Shown here: in pieces, positions 1 through 10,017 of the stretch
Layout of the letters: each line of letters opens with the position of its first letter
How positions within the stretch are numbered: position 1 is the stretch's first letter
NCBI GenBank assembly: GCA_054600435.1
Contig: BAAIJX010000088.1
Coordinates: 1-55,564 of the forward strand
From: Neophaeotheca triangularis
Lineage: Eukaryota
Length of the DNA: 55,564 nt
Direction: 5' to 3'
Made by a program: the position numbers and the translations under genes
Notes under the pieces: model-generated
Database searches by the model: none
The model's input: only the letters and a program-made list of their open reading frames with translations
What the model was told of the DNA's origin: nothing

Positions 1-1405
1 GGGGGGGGGTAAACTGGTTTATCTTCTTTTTAAAGACCTGAGTGAATGATGTGATATGATATGATGGTACGTGTGTGGTGCGGTGTGAAAGTCATGAGTC
101 TGCTCGTCTCGAGACCGAGAGCTGCTGGTTTGGATTTTGGAGAATCGGCGACACTTTTCCTTTCGGAGCACTCCCGAGTCGATTTCACCCCCTTTTTTCC
201 CCCTTTTTTTTTCAGTCCAGTAGATCTCACTCGCCACCCTTGAGCTTCCCGCAACGACTGCAATAACACCTAGTTTGAGTCTCTCCTTTAATCCTTGTTC
301 TGCTGGTAATACCATCTATCAATCAGTTCGCCCAGACTTTCGCGCTTCCCCTTGCCCTTACCCAAGCGTCTCGAAATCGTCGTCCGTGGGTCGGGTGCAT
401 CTGCAACCTCACCACGTGCGCCGTGCGTCGCCTTCGGCATGCTGGCGGGCTACTTTGCTGAACTTCCAAAAGCGCCGTGCTAACAGGCGTCTCGAGTTGT
501 TGTACTAGTTGTCTGGCGCTCAAAAGCCAAAAGCCGGGAGCCCGCTGCTACAGAAACGCTCGTCGTGATCTTTTCTTTTTTTTACAGATCTCAGCGGCGC
601 GGCTTTCCGGCTCTCGTGGAAGTTTTGGCTCAGGTTCGGCAAGGGAGAGGGAGGCTGGGTGTTGGTCTGGCCGCTTTGGAGGCTATAAGGCCGATCTTGG
701 GAGCAGGAAGAAGACGGACCAAGTAACAGGATGGAGGCGATTTACAACCACCATAAGAGCCGACCGAGTAGCAGATCGCGAGCGAAATTGAGCTCGGAGA
801 CTAAGAGCTCGTCCGAAGACCCTCAAGCTCGAGGTTCTTGGGAAATATACCTTGGCCATTTGCCTTGGTTCGACGCCGGGATGCTAATGGAGCGGAATCA
901 GTTTGCTCCCTGGGCACCTGCTCTGTTTGTCATTGGAGATCGAGCTTGGAGGTATCAAGAGGGGTAGCAGCGTTACTTCCCACGCACGGTGTGACTCTGA
1001 AGCTACCGTCCGAATCGAGGTCTCGGCAGTCTGATTTGTGCGTTCATGTTGTTGTCGTCGATCTGTTTGTGGGTTATCTTCGTCGTGAAGGGAAAATCTG
1101 ACAGCGACAACTCAGCCACGTGCCCGTTTAGTACAATGCGGCGCTACAGCTGAGATGACCCTACAAAACTGGTCAATCTTTTTCTTTTTTCCAATTTTGG
1201 TAATTCTCGCAGAAGGCAAGCTCCCATTTTTGAAAAAATACGCCTCGATGATGACTCCACTGACTGGTCGAAACAGCACTGGGCGACTGCCTGGTTGAGA
1301 GGTGGACACGTTCTCTGTGTTACTTGTCCAATATGACCAGGAACGCTGATAGTTGTCGCGCACCCAACCTCTGAAGAGGTCTTGATCATTGGCAAGAGGT
1401 TTTAG

Positions 1406-2670
1406 CGCTAGCTAATGGACAGATGTAAGTATCCAGGCGCGCGCTTTAAGAGTCCCACTGAGTTCCACGCAGCCTAAAGCTAACCTGGCATGCCTTCTTG
1501 AAAGAGCTCTAAAGTCCTGGAATAAGCAGCGTCGCTGGTTTCTGGCCGCCGCGATACAAAAATCCGACCCTCAGCTAGCGTCAAAATCACGATGAGGTGA
1601 AGTTTAACGATTCGACCGTAGACGTGTGCGCTAGCAAAAGTACTGTATGGGCATCCGGGCGCCGCCACGAGGTCTCGAGGCCTCAGTGCTTCCTGCGAGG
1701 TTTTTGGCAGCATGGGGTGCCGTGCGTTGGAGCTCGAAGCCCTGGCTGGTGCTGCCAATGCAGTCCAGCGCCGAGATACTGGAAACCCATCCCTTTGCTA
1801 GGGCCAAATGCAGGTCACGTGGAAAGGCGATCATTAGACGCGACTATTGGCGCTAGCTTGTGGACGTATCCCGCTATCCCGGCGCCCTCGAGTGCTCCAA
1901 GGCTTGCCAATTTCAGTGCTCGCGAGTCCGACCTAGCGACCGGCTCAAGCTGCAGGTTCCCTTTGGTAGTAGGACTCGAGAGCAGCAAACCGGCGCCGCG
2001 ATGTTCGTCTCCGTCCCTCAGCTAGCGTAAGAAGGAGGTGAGCAGCAAGTGAAGCTGAACCCAGGTAATGAACGCTCCGACCTAGCATCAGCTCAAGGAT
2101 GGAGAGTGGAATCCCGGCGCTGAACCCCTCAATACTAGGACTCTTACAGTGGCTTCTTGGAATCGAAGGCAGCTTCATTGGTCTTCGCGATAGCCGGGCG
2201 CTCTCCCTCGATTGCGAAATCGCCGCCGAGATGCAAGAAACACATCCCTTAGCTAGCACCTCCGCAATCTCAAGCCTCGGGCTCTTCTCGCGCTAGCTGA
2301 GGGACGGATTCTCTTATCCCGGCGCTCATCCAGAACTTTCCGGCCTCGACGAGCTGTTCCCCGAGGTGGTTTTCTTACAGCCTCTTCAGAGCCGGCAGCC
2401 ACCTGCATTCTTCGAGACTAAGAGAGCTCGCCGCGATAGAAGAATTCGTCCATAAGCTAGCGTCGTTAAATATGGTTGGTCCAAAACATCGGAGCCAGCT
2501 CGCGCTAGTCAAGGGATGTATTGTGGTATCACGGCGCTTTCCCAGCCCCTCCTACCTGCTAAACTTTCTTGTCCCCGTCTTTTCGGAACGCGCAACGTCA
2601 GAAACCTGAGCGCCTGCGTGGTATTGAGTAGCCGCTCACCGAGATGGCATTTTTCAGCCTTCAGCTGCCC
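1406..2670. repeat. Array of six inverted-repeat units built from a degenerate 35-bp motif in alternating orientation
   Basis: Forward copies at 1406-1440, 1629-1662, 1851-1885, 2086-2120, 2291-2325 and 2503-2537. Reverse copies at 1546-1580, 1768-1803, 1993-2027, 2223-2258, 2428-2462 and 2636-2670. Example: F5 CGCTAGCTGAGGGACGGATTCTCTTATCCCGGCGC vs revcomp(R5) CGCTAGCTTATGGACGAATTCTTCTATCGCGGCGA, 28/35 identical and ungapped. Confidence 0.9.
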
Positions 2671-2966
2671 AGGTGGGCTGAGTACTCACTTGCTGAACTG
2701 CACTGTATGTATTGGTTCCAAGAGCTCTTGCACCAGCTAAAGGCTGTGTTTTCGCACGGCCGAGGGGTATCCAGCGAACGGCCGGATTCAGTGCTGGGCA
2801 GCCGTTTTGCATTGCTTCAAGGTCGTAGACTGCCTTCATTCCGCCGGGGTCACGATCCAAGTGTGGATTCATTGACCCAACTCGGTCTCAAGATCCCAAG
2901 GGGCCGATAGATATCGTTCCACCGGTCATATAGCGACGACACTACAAAGCACGCCGACCCTTTCCT

Positions 2967-4643
2967 TCAACCATCCGCAGTCTCAGCATACCAGAAATCG
3001 GCCGGCACCAGACAAGGCTCCAACTCCCCATAAGCATACAGCCCCAACATCATGCCCCCAAAAGCCATACCAACGGGCGGATCACGCGTCATGGCTTCCG
3101 TGCTCACGGAGCCAATCACCTCGCTCTCTGTCGATTGACCTTCCCCTGAAAACTCGCGGTAGTGGAACGAATAAGAGCTGTCCTGGCAACGTATCCACAG
3201 CTCGACCGGGGAATCCACTGTATCGAGTGTTTTCTCCACGACTGGACCCTCTGCTGGTCGGAAGCGCACTATTCGCTTGCTAGTGGCTGGATCAAGTCGT
3301 ATGCCGAGACTGCTGGAAGTAAAGTAATTGTAATAGACCACCACACCGGCCTCTGTTTGTGATGAGGTTGGGTGGAACGAGAGCTTTGTAGCAAAGGACA
3401 TATTCCTCTGAGTCTGTTTACGAAGCAGTGTTGTTGGCGCTGCAGGCGAGGATAGGCTGTAGGCTGAGCCGTAGAGTCGGAGCCGATCGGGTTTCTCGGG
3501 TGGGTAGAGACTGATGTCCGTGGGCTTGATTGGCGTGTTCTTCCGATACCAGCCTAGTTGTTTTTTGGTGAAATCGTCTGTCCATCTGACGTCGTGCTGT
3601 AGCTCGTGCATGCCAGGTCCTTGACCGTGGAGCTGGATCGGAGAGCCTTCATTGAAGATTGGCCAATCGTCTTGCCACTTGACGGGTAGGAGAAAAGTTT
3701 CCCTGCCAAAGACTGAACGCTCGAATGTTCCGTCAGAGGTCTTGTGAGGCCTGACGGCTAGGCAGACGGCCCACCAATCGCCGGCGGCGGTCTGAACCAA
3801 GTCGCAGTGGCCTGTGTTTTGAACGTCGTCTTTGGTCGTATTTCTCCAAAGTGGGTTCTGCGGTCCTGAGACGATCGTTGCGATCAGCGGTCGCCCTATC
3901 ACCTTGGTGTGGAGAGACATACCTAACTCATACGGCCCGAGTGGCCCTTTGTCACTCCGCAATACCCACTCGCTATGCCCGCTCTCAGTCCCTCCCTCGG
4001 CAGTAAAAAGGTAGTAGTACCTTCCGCGCTTGAAGATATGGGAGCCCTCAGAAACCCCCGAGCTCGACTCCCGCAACAAAACAGGCGAAGTGAGCGAGCT
4101 GCCAGTCTCAACATCAATCCTACTCGCGTGCACGCAAAAGTCTTTGAGCTTGCTTTCCGGCGATCGGTCTACTTTGCGGTACGTGGTCGACAAGTAGCAA
4201 GACCCGTCATCATCCCAGAACAAGTCTTGGTCGAAACCTACTTGGTCAAAATATACAGGATCGCTCCAAGATTGGTCCTTCCAGATATCCCTGGTCCGGA
4301 CGTAGAAGCCTCGCGGCCAGACTCTGTCGTCGGCTTGCGGCCTGTAGCGATCGAAAACGCAGGTCGTGATGTAAAACCAACCATCGCAATAGCGCAGAGT
4401 GGTCGCCCAGACGCCTCCACCCGGCTCGGGGGTTTTGATGTCGAGTTGGGATTTGCGCGACAAGGCGTGGCCGATGAGTTTCCATCTTATCAGGTCCCTG
4501 CTGTGGTAGATGGGGGCTCCGGGGAAGTACTCAAAGGTGGAAGTGGTTAGGTAGAAGTCTTCACCCACGCGGATGATGCTTGGGTCTGGCGAGGAGCCCG
4601 GGATAATAGGGTTTGTGTACGATCCAGTGACCTGAGTAGCCAT
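2967..4643 (-). CDS. Glycoside hydrolase family 43 beta-xylosidase/arabinofuranosidase with C-terminal beta-sandwich; probable in-frame intron 3866-3922
   Basis: NPIIPG..PDPSIIRVGEDFYLTTSTFEYFPG..IYHSRDL, WA motif, FDQDLF and EGSHIFKRGRYYYLFTAEGGT are GH43 motifs. No signal peptide. The 57-nt GTATGT...CTGAT...CAG segment has intron signals. Confidence 0.92.
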   Translation of the reverse strand: MATQVTGSYTNPIIPGSSPDPSIIRVGEDFYLTTSTFEYFPGAPIYHSRDLIRWKLIGHALSRKSQLDIKTPEPGGGVWATTLRYCDGWFYITTCVFDRYRPQADDRVWPRGFYVRTRDIWKDQSWSDPVYFDQVGFDQDLFWDDDGSCYLSTTYRKVDRSPESKLKDFCVHASRIDVETGSSLTSPVLLRESSSGVSEGSHIFKRGRYYYLFTAEGGTESGHSEWVLRSDKGPLGPYELGMSLHTKVIGRPLIATIVSGPQNPLWRNTTKDDVQNTGHCDLVQTAAGDWWAVCLAVRPHKTSDGTFERSVFGRETFLLPVKWQDDWPIFNEGSPIQLHGQGPGMHELQHDVRWTDDFTKKQLGWYRKNTPIKPTDISLYPPEKPDRLRLYGSAYSLSSPAAPTTLLRKQTQRNMSFATKLSFHPTSSQTEAGVVVYYNYFTSSSLGIRLDPATSKRIVRFRPAEGPVVEKTLDTVDSPVELWIRCQDSSYSFHYREFSGEGQSTESEVIGSVSTEAMTRDPPVGMAFGGMMLGLYAYGELEPCLVPADFWYAETADG

Positions 4644-5476
4644 GGCTGAAGAGAGACGAAAATTGAACGGCTTGCGGACACAAGTTCATTCCAAGAACAA
4701 TTGAAACACACTTACTTTTTCTATTCTACAGCTTTAGATTGCCTCGAGAGCGCCGAGCTGAAGATATAGTTTTCGCGGCGATAGATTGTGTAATTGGAGA
4801 CGGAAGAACTTGTTGCGTGTGCGAAGAAGGAATCGGGACGACTCCACCCGAGCAAGCGACTCCTCCTCCCCCGACGACACGACCTGACCTGCGCTCATAT
4901 ACTATCACAAAGATACAAAGCGCAATACCGACCCTTGGTAATTCACGAACAGTGTTTTGTTCCGGGATGATGGTAAGAATATGTAAAGAATAGCCAATGT
5001 CCCACAGGAACTGCCATATTGAGAAAGAGATTGGATGGCCAATGCTCGTCCTTGCCACCTCTTCAACCACAGGACTACACTCATTGCTCATCTCCTGATG
5101 GAGGGGTCTAATGCATTGACCGCGACCAAAATCTGAGAGGCAGGGAACGAGTATGGGAATCTGATTTGAATGAGATGGAGGTGGTGGTCGATTGAATGGA
5201 GCTTATTTTGTTATTAGTCGAGCGATGGCGCTTCGTGTTTTTGGTCAAAGAAACAAGGCCGAATCGTTAACTGAGTGATCTGTAGAAAATTGCACCTCTA
5301 TCTTGTCTGTATGAAAAAGCGATATTGGTATCATGCGCAGCAAAATGTAAAAGCGCCGGAGCTATGCATGGAAACACCTCCACAAGCAACGCCCATACCC
5401 TCCCGTGCTTTCTCACAACCACCATGAACCTCTCAGCATTCCGCACCCTCACGCGCCGCCCCTTACGAGTGCCCCC

Positions 5477-8400
5477 TCAGAGCACATCTGCAACATTCGC
5501 CTGCACAATCTCACTCTTCTGGCTCTTATTCCTGCCAACCTGATAATACACATCGGCAAAATCATTGCACTGCATCTGCTTCAAGAAATCCTCATCGTGA
5601 GTGATGACCAGCAACTGAAAATTCTTCTGCTGGCGACGCAACTTGATAATGTCGGAAAGCGACTGCGCCAGAGCGCGGATGTTGTCCTTGTCGAGATTCG
5701 TAGTCGGCTCGTCGAGAGCAATGAGACCGCAATTGACGCCGAAACACTCGGCCAGAGCCAAGCGGATGATGATGCAGGCGAGTACTTTTTGGCCCGCCGA
5801 GCAGCGGCCGCGCATGTCCATTTCCGCGTCCTGCTTCACCATGCACACGCGGTAGTTGTAGTTTTTGTTGGCTTTTGTGGTTTCCGACTCGCTGCGGATG
5901 ATGATGGTGTCGACGTCGGTGCCTTGGTAGGTTTTGCGCCAGAGCTCTTCGATGATGCGGTTGATTTCCTCCATTTTGAGGGAGTGGTACTTCATAATTG
6001 CTTTGTCAAGGGCGCCGCCGTAGCGGCCCAGGTCATCGATGCAGGCTTTGGTCGTTTCCACCTTGACGTGGGCTTCTTTGTAGCGGCGCGCAGAGTCCTT
6101 GTAGTCCTTGTCCCATTCCTCCATCTTGGACATGAGCTGGCGATCAAGGGCGCCACCTTCGCCTGCGAGCTTAGACTGGTCGGCGGAGAGTTTGTTGCGC
6201 TCCGTTTGGAGACGCTGACCTTCGCGTTCGTAGCGGGCGTGGTCCGCTTCCGCGTCGTGGCTCTCGAGTTCTTCAATCTCTTGCCGAACGGCTTGAAGCG
6301 CGGCGAGGTCACGTCGAAAGCGCAGGTTGTCTTGGATGCTACGCTTGGTGTCGCCCACGTTGCGCAGCTTCTCCTGGTATTGCTTCACCTCACGACTGAT
6401 CTTGCCCATCTCCTCCTCGATCCCTGAGAGTTCGTTCTTGAGCTCCTCCAGTGCGTTCCTGCCTTGCTCCAGCTGTTGAGGGCCATCACGCTCGATGTAA
6501 GACTTCACCTCTTGGTCGGCCATCTTCAGCTGGTTTAGACTAGTATTGATCTGACTGGTCTCGGCTTGGAGCTCGCGATCTTTCTCGTCGCCGCGACGAG
6601 AGATGTCCTCGTATTTCGTTTGAGCTTGAGCGAGTTGAGAGGCGAAGCCTTGCAGCTCCTGATCCGCTGACTTGACCAGTTGTCGCTGTTCGTCGCTGTA
6701 GCCTTTGACCTCTTCAATCTGGGTCTCGAGAGAAGTGCGCTCTTTGAGCTGGTAGACGGCGGTGTCGAGCTTGCCCCTGATATCTCTGACCTCGAGCTCC
6801 ATGGAGTTGATCTGGGTTCTAGAGCGGTCGCGCTCGCCTGTGGCCTTGTTCGACTGGCCCCTCCAAGTCTTGATTTGGTCGGCGGTCTTCCGAATCTCGT
6901 CTTGAATCTGCTCAAGCCCACGCGAGCTGCCCGCTTGCTTCTGCTTCTGAGCGAGGTCTTGAATCTGAGCTTCATATTTTGTGATTTCGCTGCTGTGTTT
7001 CACGATGCTTTGGACAGTGCGGGAGATCGATTCGACATCGCGCTTAATGGCTTTGCGCTCGTTGATGTCTGCCTCTTGGTCTTCGAGTTGGCGGTCAAGC
7101 TCGGCTTTGCGACTAGACAATTCCGCGTCTTCCTTCTTGAGTTTGGGTATCTCCTTCTCCTTGAGACGTTCCCACGTGTCAAACTGCGAGTTGACAAGAC
7201 TTGCAGACTTGAATTGCGAATTGGCCTCATCAATATTTGAACTGGCCTTCTTCTCGTCCCACTTGTCCAGCTGCTTCTGGATTTCCATCTTGAAATCCTT
7301 CGTTGCAGCAGCGTTCTTCAGGCCCCGTTTACAGGTCATACATGCTTGGTTGTCATCGGCGGCTTTCATGCAGTCGGTGAAGTATTTCCTCATGGCAGAG
7401 GCATACTCCAAGTTGGCGCTTAAGATGTCGCGAGCTTCCTCCAGCTCTGCTACAGTCTCGTGATATTCTTCGGGAGGGCATCCCGCGCCATCTTGAATTT
7501 TCTGGGCCGCGGACTTCAGTGAGCGCTCTTTAGCTTCAAGCTCGGCGCGACAGGTCTTGAGCTTGTAGTGCGTTTGCTCGTCTTCCCTGCTGGTACCGTC
7601 CATTTGCTTCTCTGCATCGCGGACGGACGCTGTGCTGTCATCGACAGCTCTCTGGAACTTATTCTCGAGTGTCTCGGGTTGCCATTCGCCAACGACTTTG
7701 CTGAGCTGATCGCCGTGAGCGCCCTGCATCGTCTCCAACTTCAGCTGCCTGTCTTTGAGCTCCTGCTGGAGGTAGTCGAGCTGAGCCGAGTCGCCGGCAC
7801 GCTTGGTTGCTTCGATGAGCTCGCTGTCCAGTATTTCCTTTTGTTCTTCAAGCGAACGGATCTCAGCTTCGCTGGCGGAGATTTTGGCATCCCATTCAGC
7901 CTTCCCTGCTTCTCCCTTGGCGTTGTTGAGTCGAGCACCGACCTCTTTGGCCTTCGCCTCAAGGCTGACCCTACCGCCTTCATCCATCTCAATCTGGTTG
8001 AGGCTGTTCTGCAAGTTGCCGATCTTACGATCGTTATTCGTGATTGTCTGACGGGCGTTCTCCTTGCGTTGCGTGGAAGCAGACTTCTTCTCGTTGATTT
8101 GAGTCAGGACGTTCTGTGCGCCTTGCAGCTCTTCTTGAGTCTCGCGCCGGGCCCGCTCAAATGCTGCGTTCTGCTCCTTGGCCATCTTCGTAATTCGCTC
8201 GATGAAAGAGCCAACTTGCTTGTCGTCCACGTCCGAGTCGTACCCTCTAATGCCATGCCTGCGAGCAGTCTCCTTGACGAGCTTCTCCCGGTTGGCGACT
8301 TGACGTTCGTAGCTCGCCTGCTCGGCTTCGTGTGAGCCACATTCACGCTCTTTGGCGTTGATGCGCGACTTGGCTGAGTTAGCGCTTGATTGCAAGTCTT

Positions 8401-9382
8401 GCCAATCGCTCGTGTGCTGCTTGACGCTCCGCTCGTAGACGCTGACTCGCTCCTCGTACTGCTCAAGCATCGATGCCAGCTGTTCGTCAGACTCTTCCAT
8501 CTCTTCGAGGTGCTCGCGGAGGCTCTGGACACTTTCCTCCTTGGTCTGCCGTTGAATGCGCTTGCCGTTGAGCTCACCAACAATCTTGCCGGTGCTGGCA
8601 GCTTGCGCAAAGGCTTCCTCACAATGGCGGGCGACGTTCTTCATGCTCTCCGTGACCTTATCCTTCTCCTTACCTTTTTGCTCGATCAAGGCCTCGAGCT
8701 GGATGATCTCATCGTGGACCCTTTCGCCCCTCGCTTTGTCGGTTTTGTAATGCTCTTCGTCCTTCTTCAAGCTGATGAGGGAATTGTTCTGGGCCTTCCT
8801 CAACTCATTAATATTTGTGATAGCGCTGGTGTACTTGACGGCTTCGAAGATGTCGTCAAACTTGTCCTTGAGTTTGCTTCCGGCATTCAAGGGCCAGAGA
8901 CTGTCTTCCTGGTGGCAAAAAACGACATTTTCGAGGACTGCTTTACTGACGCCCAGATATTTTGGCATGACGGAGTTGAGTTCGGCCACGCGAGAGGATA
9001 GGGTGACTTTCTCTCCGTTTTTACGCATCACTAGCGAGCCTTCCAACATCTTCTGCGAACGAGTTTGCTTCTTGGCTGTGAGCTGCATGCTGCGAGTGAC
9101 GACCATGCTGGCTCCATCGACGCTGGTGAATTGCAGCTTCACCTGGGCTAGGACTTCCTTTTCGCCGCAGAGCTTGGGGTCGTGGATGAAAGCGCCCCCC
9201 GTTTTGCTCATGTCCGGAAGAGAGCCTGTGGTGGCGAACTTGAGACATTCGATGATGGTAGTTTTGCCAGAGCCGTTCAACCCGACGATAAGAGTGAGAG
9301 GGGTGTGAAATTGGATAGTTTCGGCACGCTGGTTGTCAAAAGACCGGACGCCCAGGATGGAGAGTTGCTTAATAGCAGACAT
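5477..9382 (-). CDS. RAD50: DNA repair protein Rad50 (MRN/MRX complex)
   Basis: Walker A GLNGSGKTT, Q-loop FCHQED, long coiled coils, zinc-hook CMTC, signature MRGRCSAGQK, Walker B/D-loop LDEPTTNLD, H-loop ITHD; single 1301-aa ORF. Confidence 0.98.
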   Translation of the reverse strand: MSAIKQLSILGVRSFDNQRAETIQFHTPLTLIVGLNGSGKTTIIECLKFATTGSLPDMSKTGGAFIHDPKLCGEKEVLAQVKLQFTSVDGASMVVTRSMQLTAKKQTRSQKMLEGSLVMRKNGEKVTLSSRVAELNSVMPKYLGVSKAVLENVVFCHQEDSLWPLNAGSKLKDKFDDIFEAVKYTSAITNINELRKAQNNSLISLKKDEEHYKTDKARGERVHDEIIQLEALIEQKGKEKDKVTESMKNVARHCEEAFAQAASTGKIVGELNGKRIQRQTKEESVQSLREHLEEMEESDEQLASMLEQYEERVSVYERSVKQHTSDWQDLQSSANSAKSRINAKERECGSHEAEQASYERQVANREKLVKETARRHGIRGYDSDVDDKQVGSFIERITKMAKEQNAAFERARRETQEELQGAQNVLTQINEKKSASTQRKENARQTITNNDRKIGNLQNSLNQIEMDEGGRVSLEAKAKEVGARLNNAKGEAGKAEWDAKISASEAEIRSLEEQKEILDSELIEATKRAGDSAQLDYLQQELKDRQLKLETMQGAHGDQLSKVVGEWQPETLENKFQRAVDDSTASVRDAEKQMDGTSREDEQTHYKLKTCRAELEAKERSLKSAAQKIQDGAGCPPEEYHETVAELEEARDILSANLEYASAMRKYFTDCMKAADDNQACMTCKRGLKNAAATKDFKMEIQKQLDKWDEKKASSNIDEANSQFKSASLVNSQFDTWERLKEKEIPKLKKEDAELSSRKAELDRQLEDQEADINERKAIKRDVESISRTVQSIVKHSSEITKYEAQIQDLAQKQKQAGSSRGLEQIQDEIRKTADQIKTWRGQSNKATGERDRSRTQINSMELEVRDIRGKLDTAVYQLKERTSLETQIEEVKGYSDEQRQLVKSADQELQGFASQLAQAQTKYEDISRRGDEKDRELQAETSQINTSLNQLKMADQEVKSYIERDGPQQLEQGRNALEELKNELSGIEEEMGKISREVKQYQEKLRNVGDTKRSIQDNLRFRRDLAALQAVRQEIEELESHDAEADHARYEREGQRLQTERNKLSADQSKLAGEGGALDRQLMSKMEEWDKDYKDSARRYKEAHVKVETTKACIDDLGRYGGALDKAIMKYHSLKMEEINRIIEELWRKTYQGTDVDTIIIRSESETTKANKNYNYRVCMVKQDAEMDMRGRCSAGQKVLACIIIRLALAECFGVNCGLIALDEPTTNLDKDNIRALAQSLSDIIKLRRQQKNFQLLVITHDEDFLKQMQCNDFADVYYQVGRNKSQKSEIVQANVADVL

Positions 9383-10017
9383 GATGGCGGGTGCGTAGAA
9401 GAATCAAAGGTGGACTTGAGATGTGGCCTTGGCCGAGCAGATTTCTTCTCCGCCCAATTCACTTTGAGAGGGCCAAGCCGCCACTAAGTGGCAGCTATTG
9501 CTTTGGGGAGGTCAAACGTTGGGAGGGCAAGGTATGCTGATGGAAAAACTTGGTGGTCCTTGTAAGGTTGTTCGAGAGTGAGGAGCATAGGATCGTCCAG
9601 AGACTGAGATAAGGAGTATAGGCAGGAGGCGTTTCTTGTGTGTCGCAGAGGTGTCTCTGGAGGAGGTGTCGTTTGGTCGTTTGGTGTACCTAGAGGCGTA
9701 TAGATAGCTTGGCGTTTGCCTGTCGCGTGTCGGTTGATCGCGGTGTCAGGTGACTTTGATGAATCGGCTGTCCATGTCGACGTCGTCCCGAGCGAGCGAG
9801 CCAGCAGGCGGTCGGTGCCGTCCGCTCCCCGCCCCGCCCAGCTCGGTGACGGTCAGACCTCCGTCAGCCGTATCCGTGTCGGAGATGTGAAGCTGAGGTG
9901 CAGGTGCATAGCGAATTGCCCATCTTGCCGTCACCCCACAGCACCCAGCCTGCACGAAGCGCGACGCCGGCCGCTTCGCGACGACTTAGCAGCGATACGG
10001 GCGACTGATGTCCTCCA

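Noticed and set aside
1..9. G-runs at both window ends (also about 55549-55564) as telomere or element termini
   Set aside because: There are no TTAGGG repeats. Poly-G tracts are typical short-read contig break points.
1480..2259. Short minus-strand ORFs sharing LTLAEGR / LAKGxVSxISA peptides
   Set aside because: The peptides are translations of the DNA motif, which occurs on both strands and in different frames. No consistent reading frame or splice pattern supports a repeat protein.
1406..2670. Calling the 35-bp repeat and unique-spacer array a CRISPR array
   Set aside because: The repeats are degenerate and alternate in orientation, spacers fall into two length classes (about 100 and about 30-60 bp), no cas genes are present, and the genome is eukaryotic.
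5405..9001. Long antisense ORFs opposite RAD50 (e.g. 340, 255 and 203 aa) and opposite other genes
   Set aside because: These are shadow ORFs produced by codon bias in GC-rich coding sequence, with no recognisable domains.
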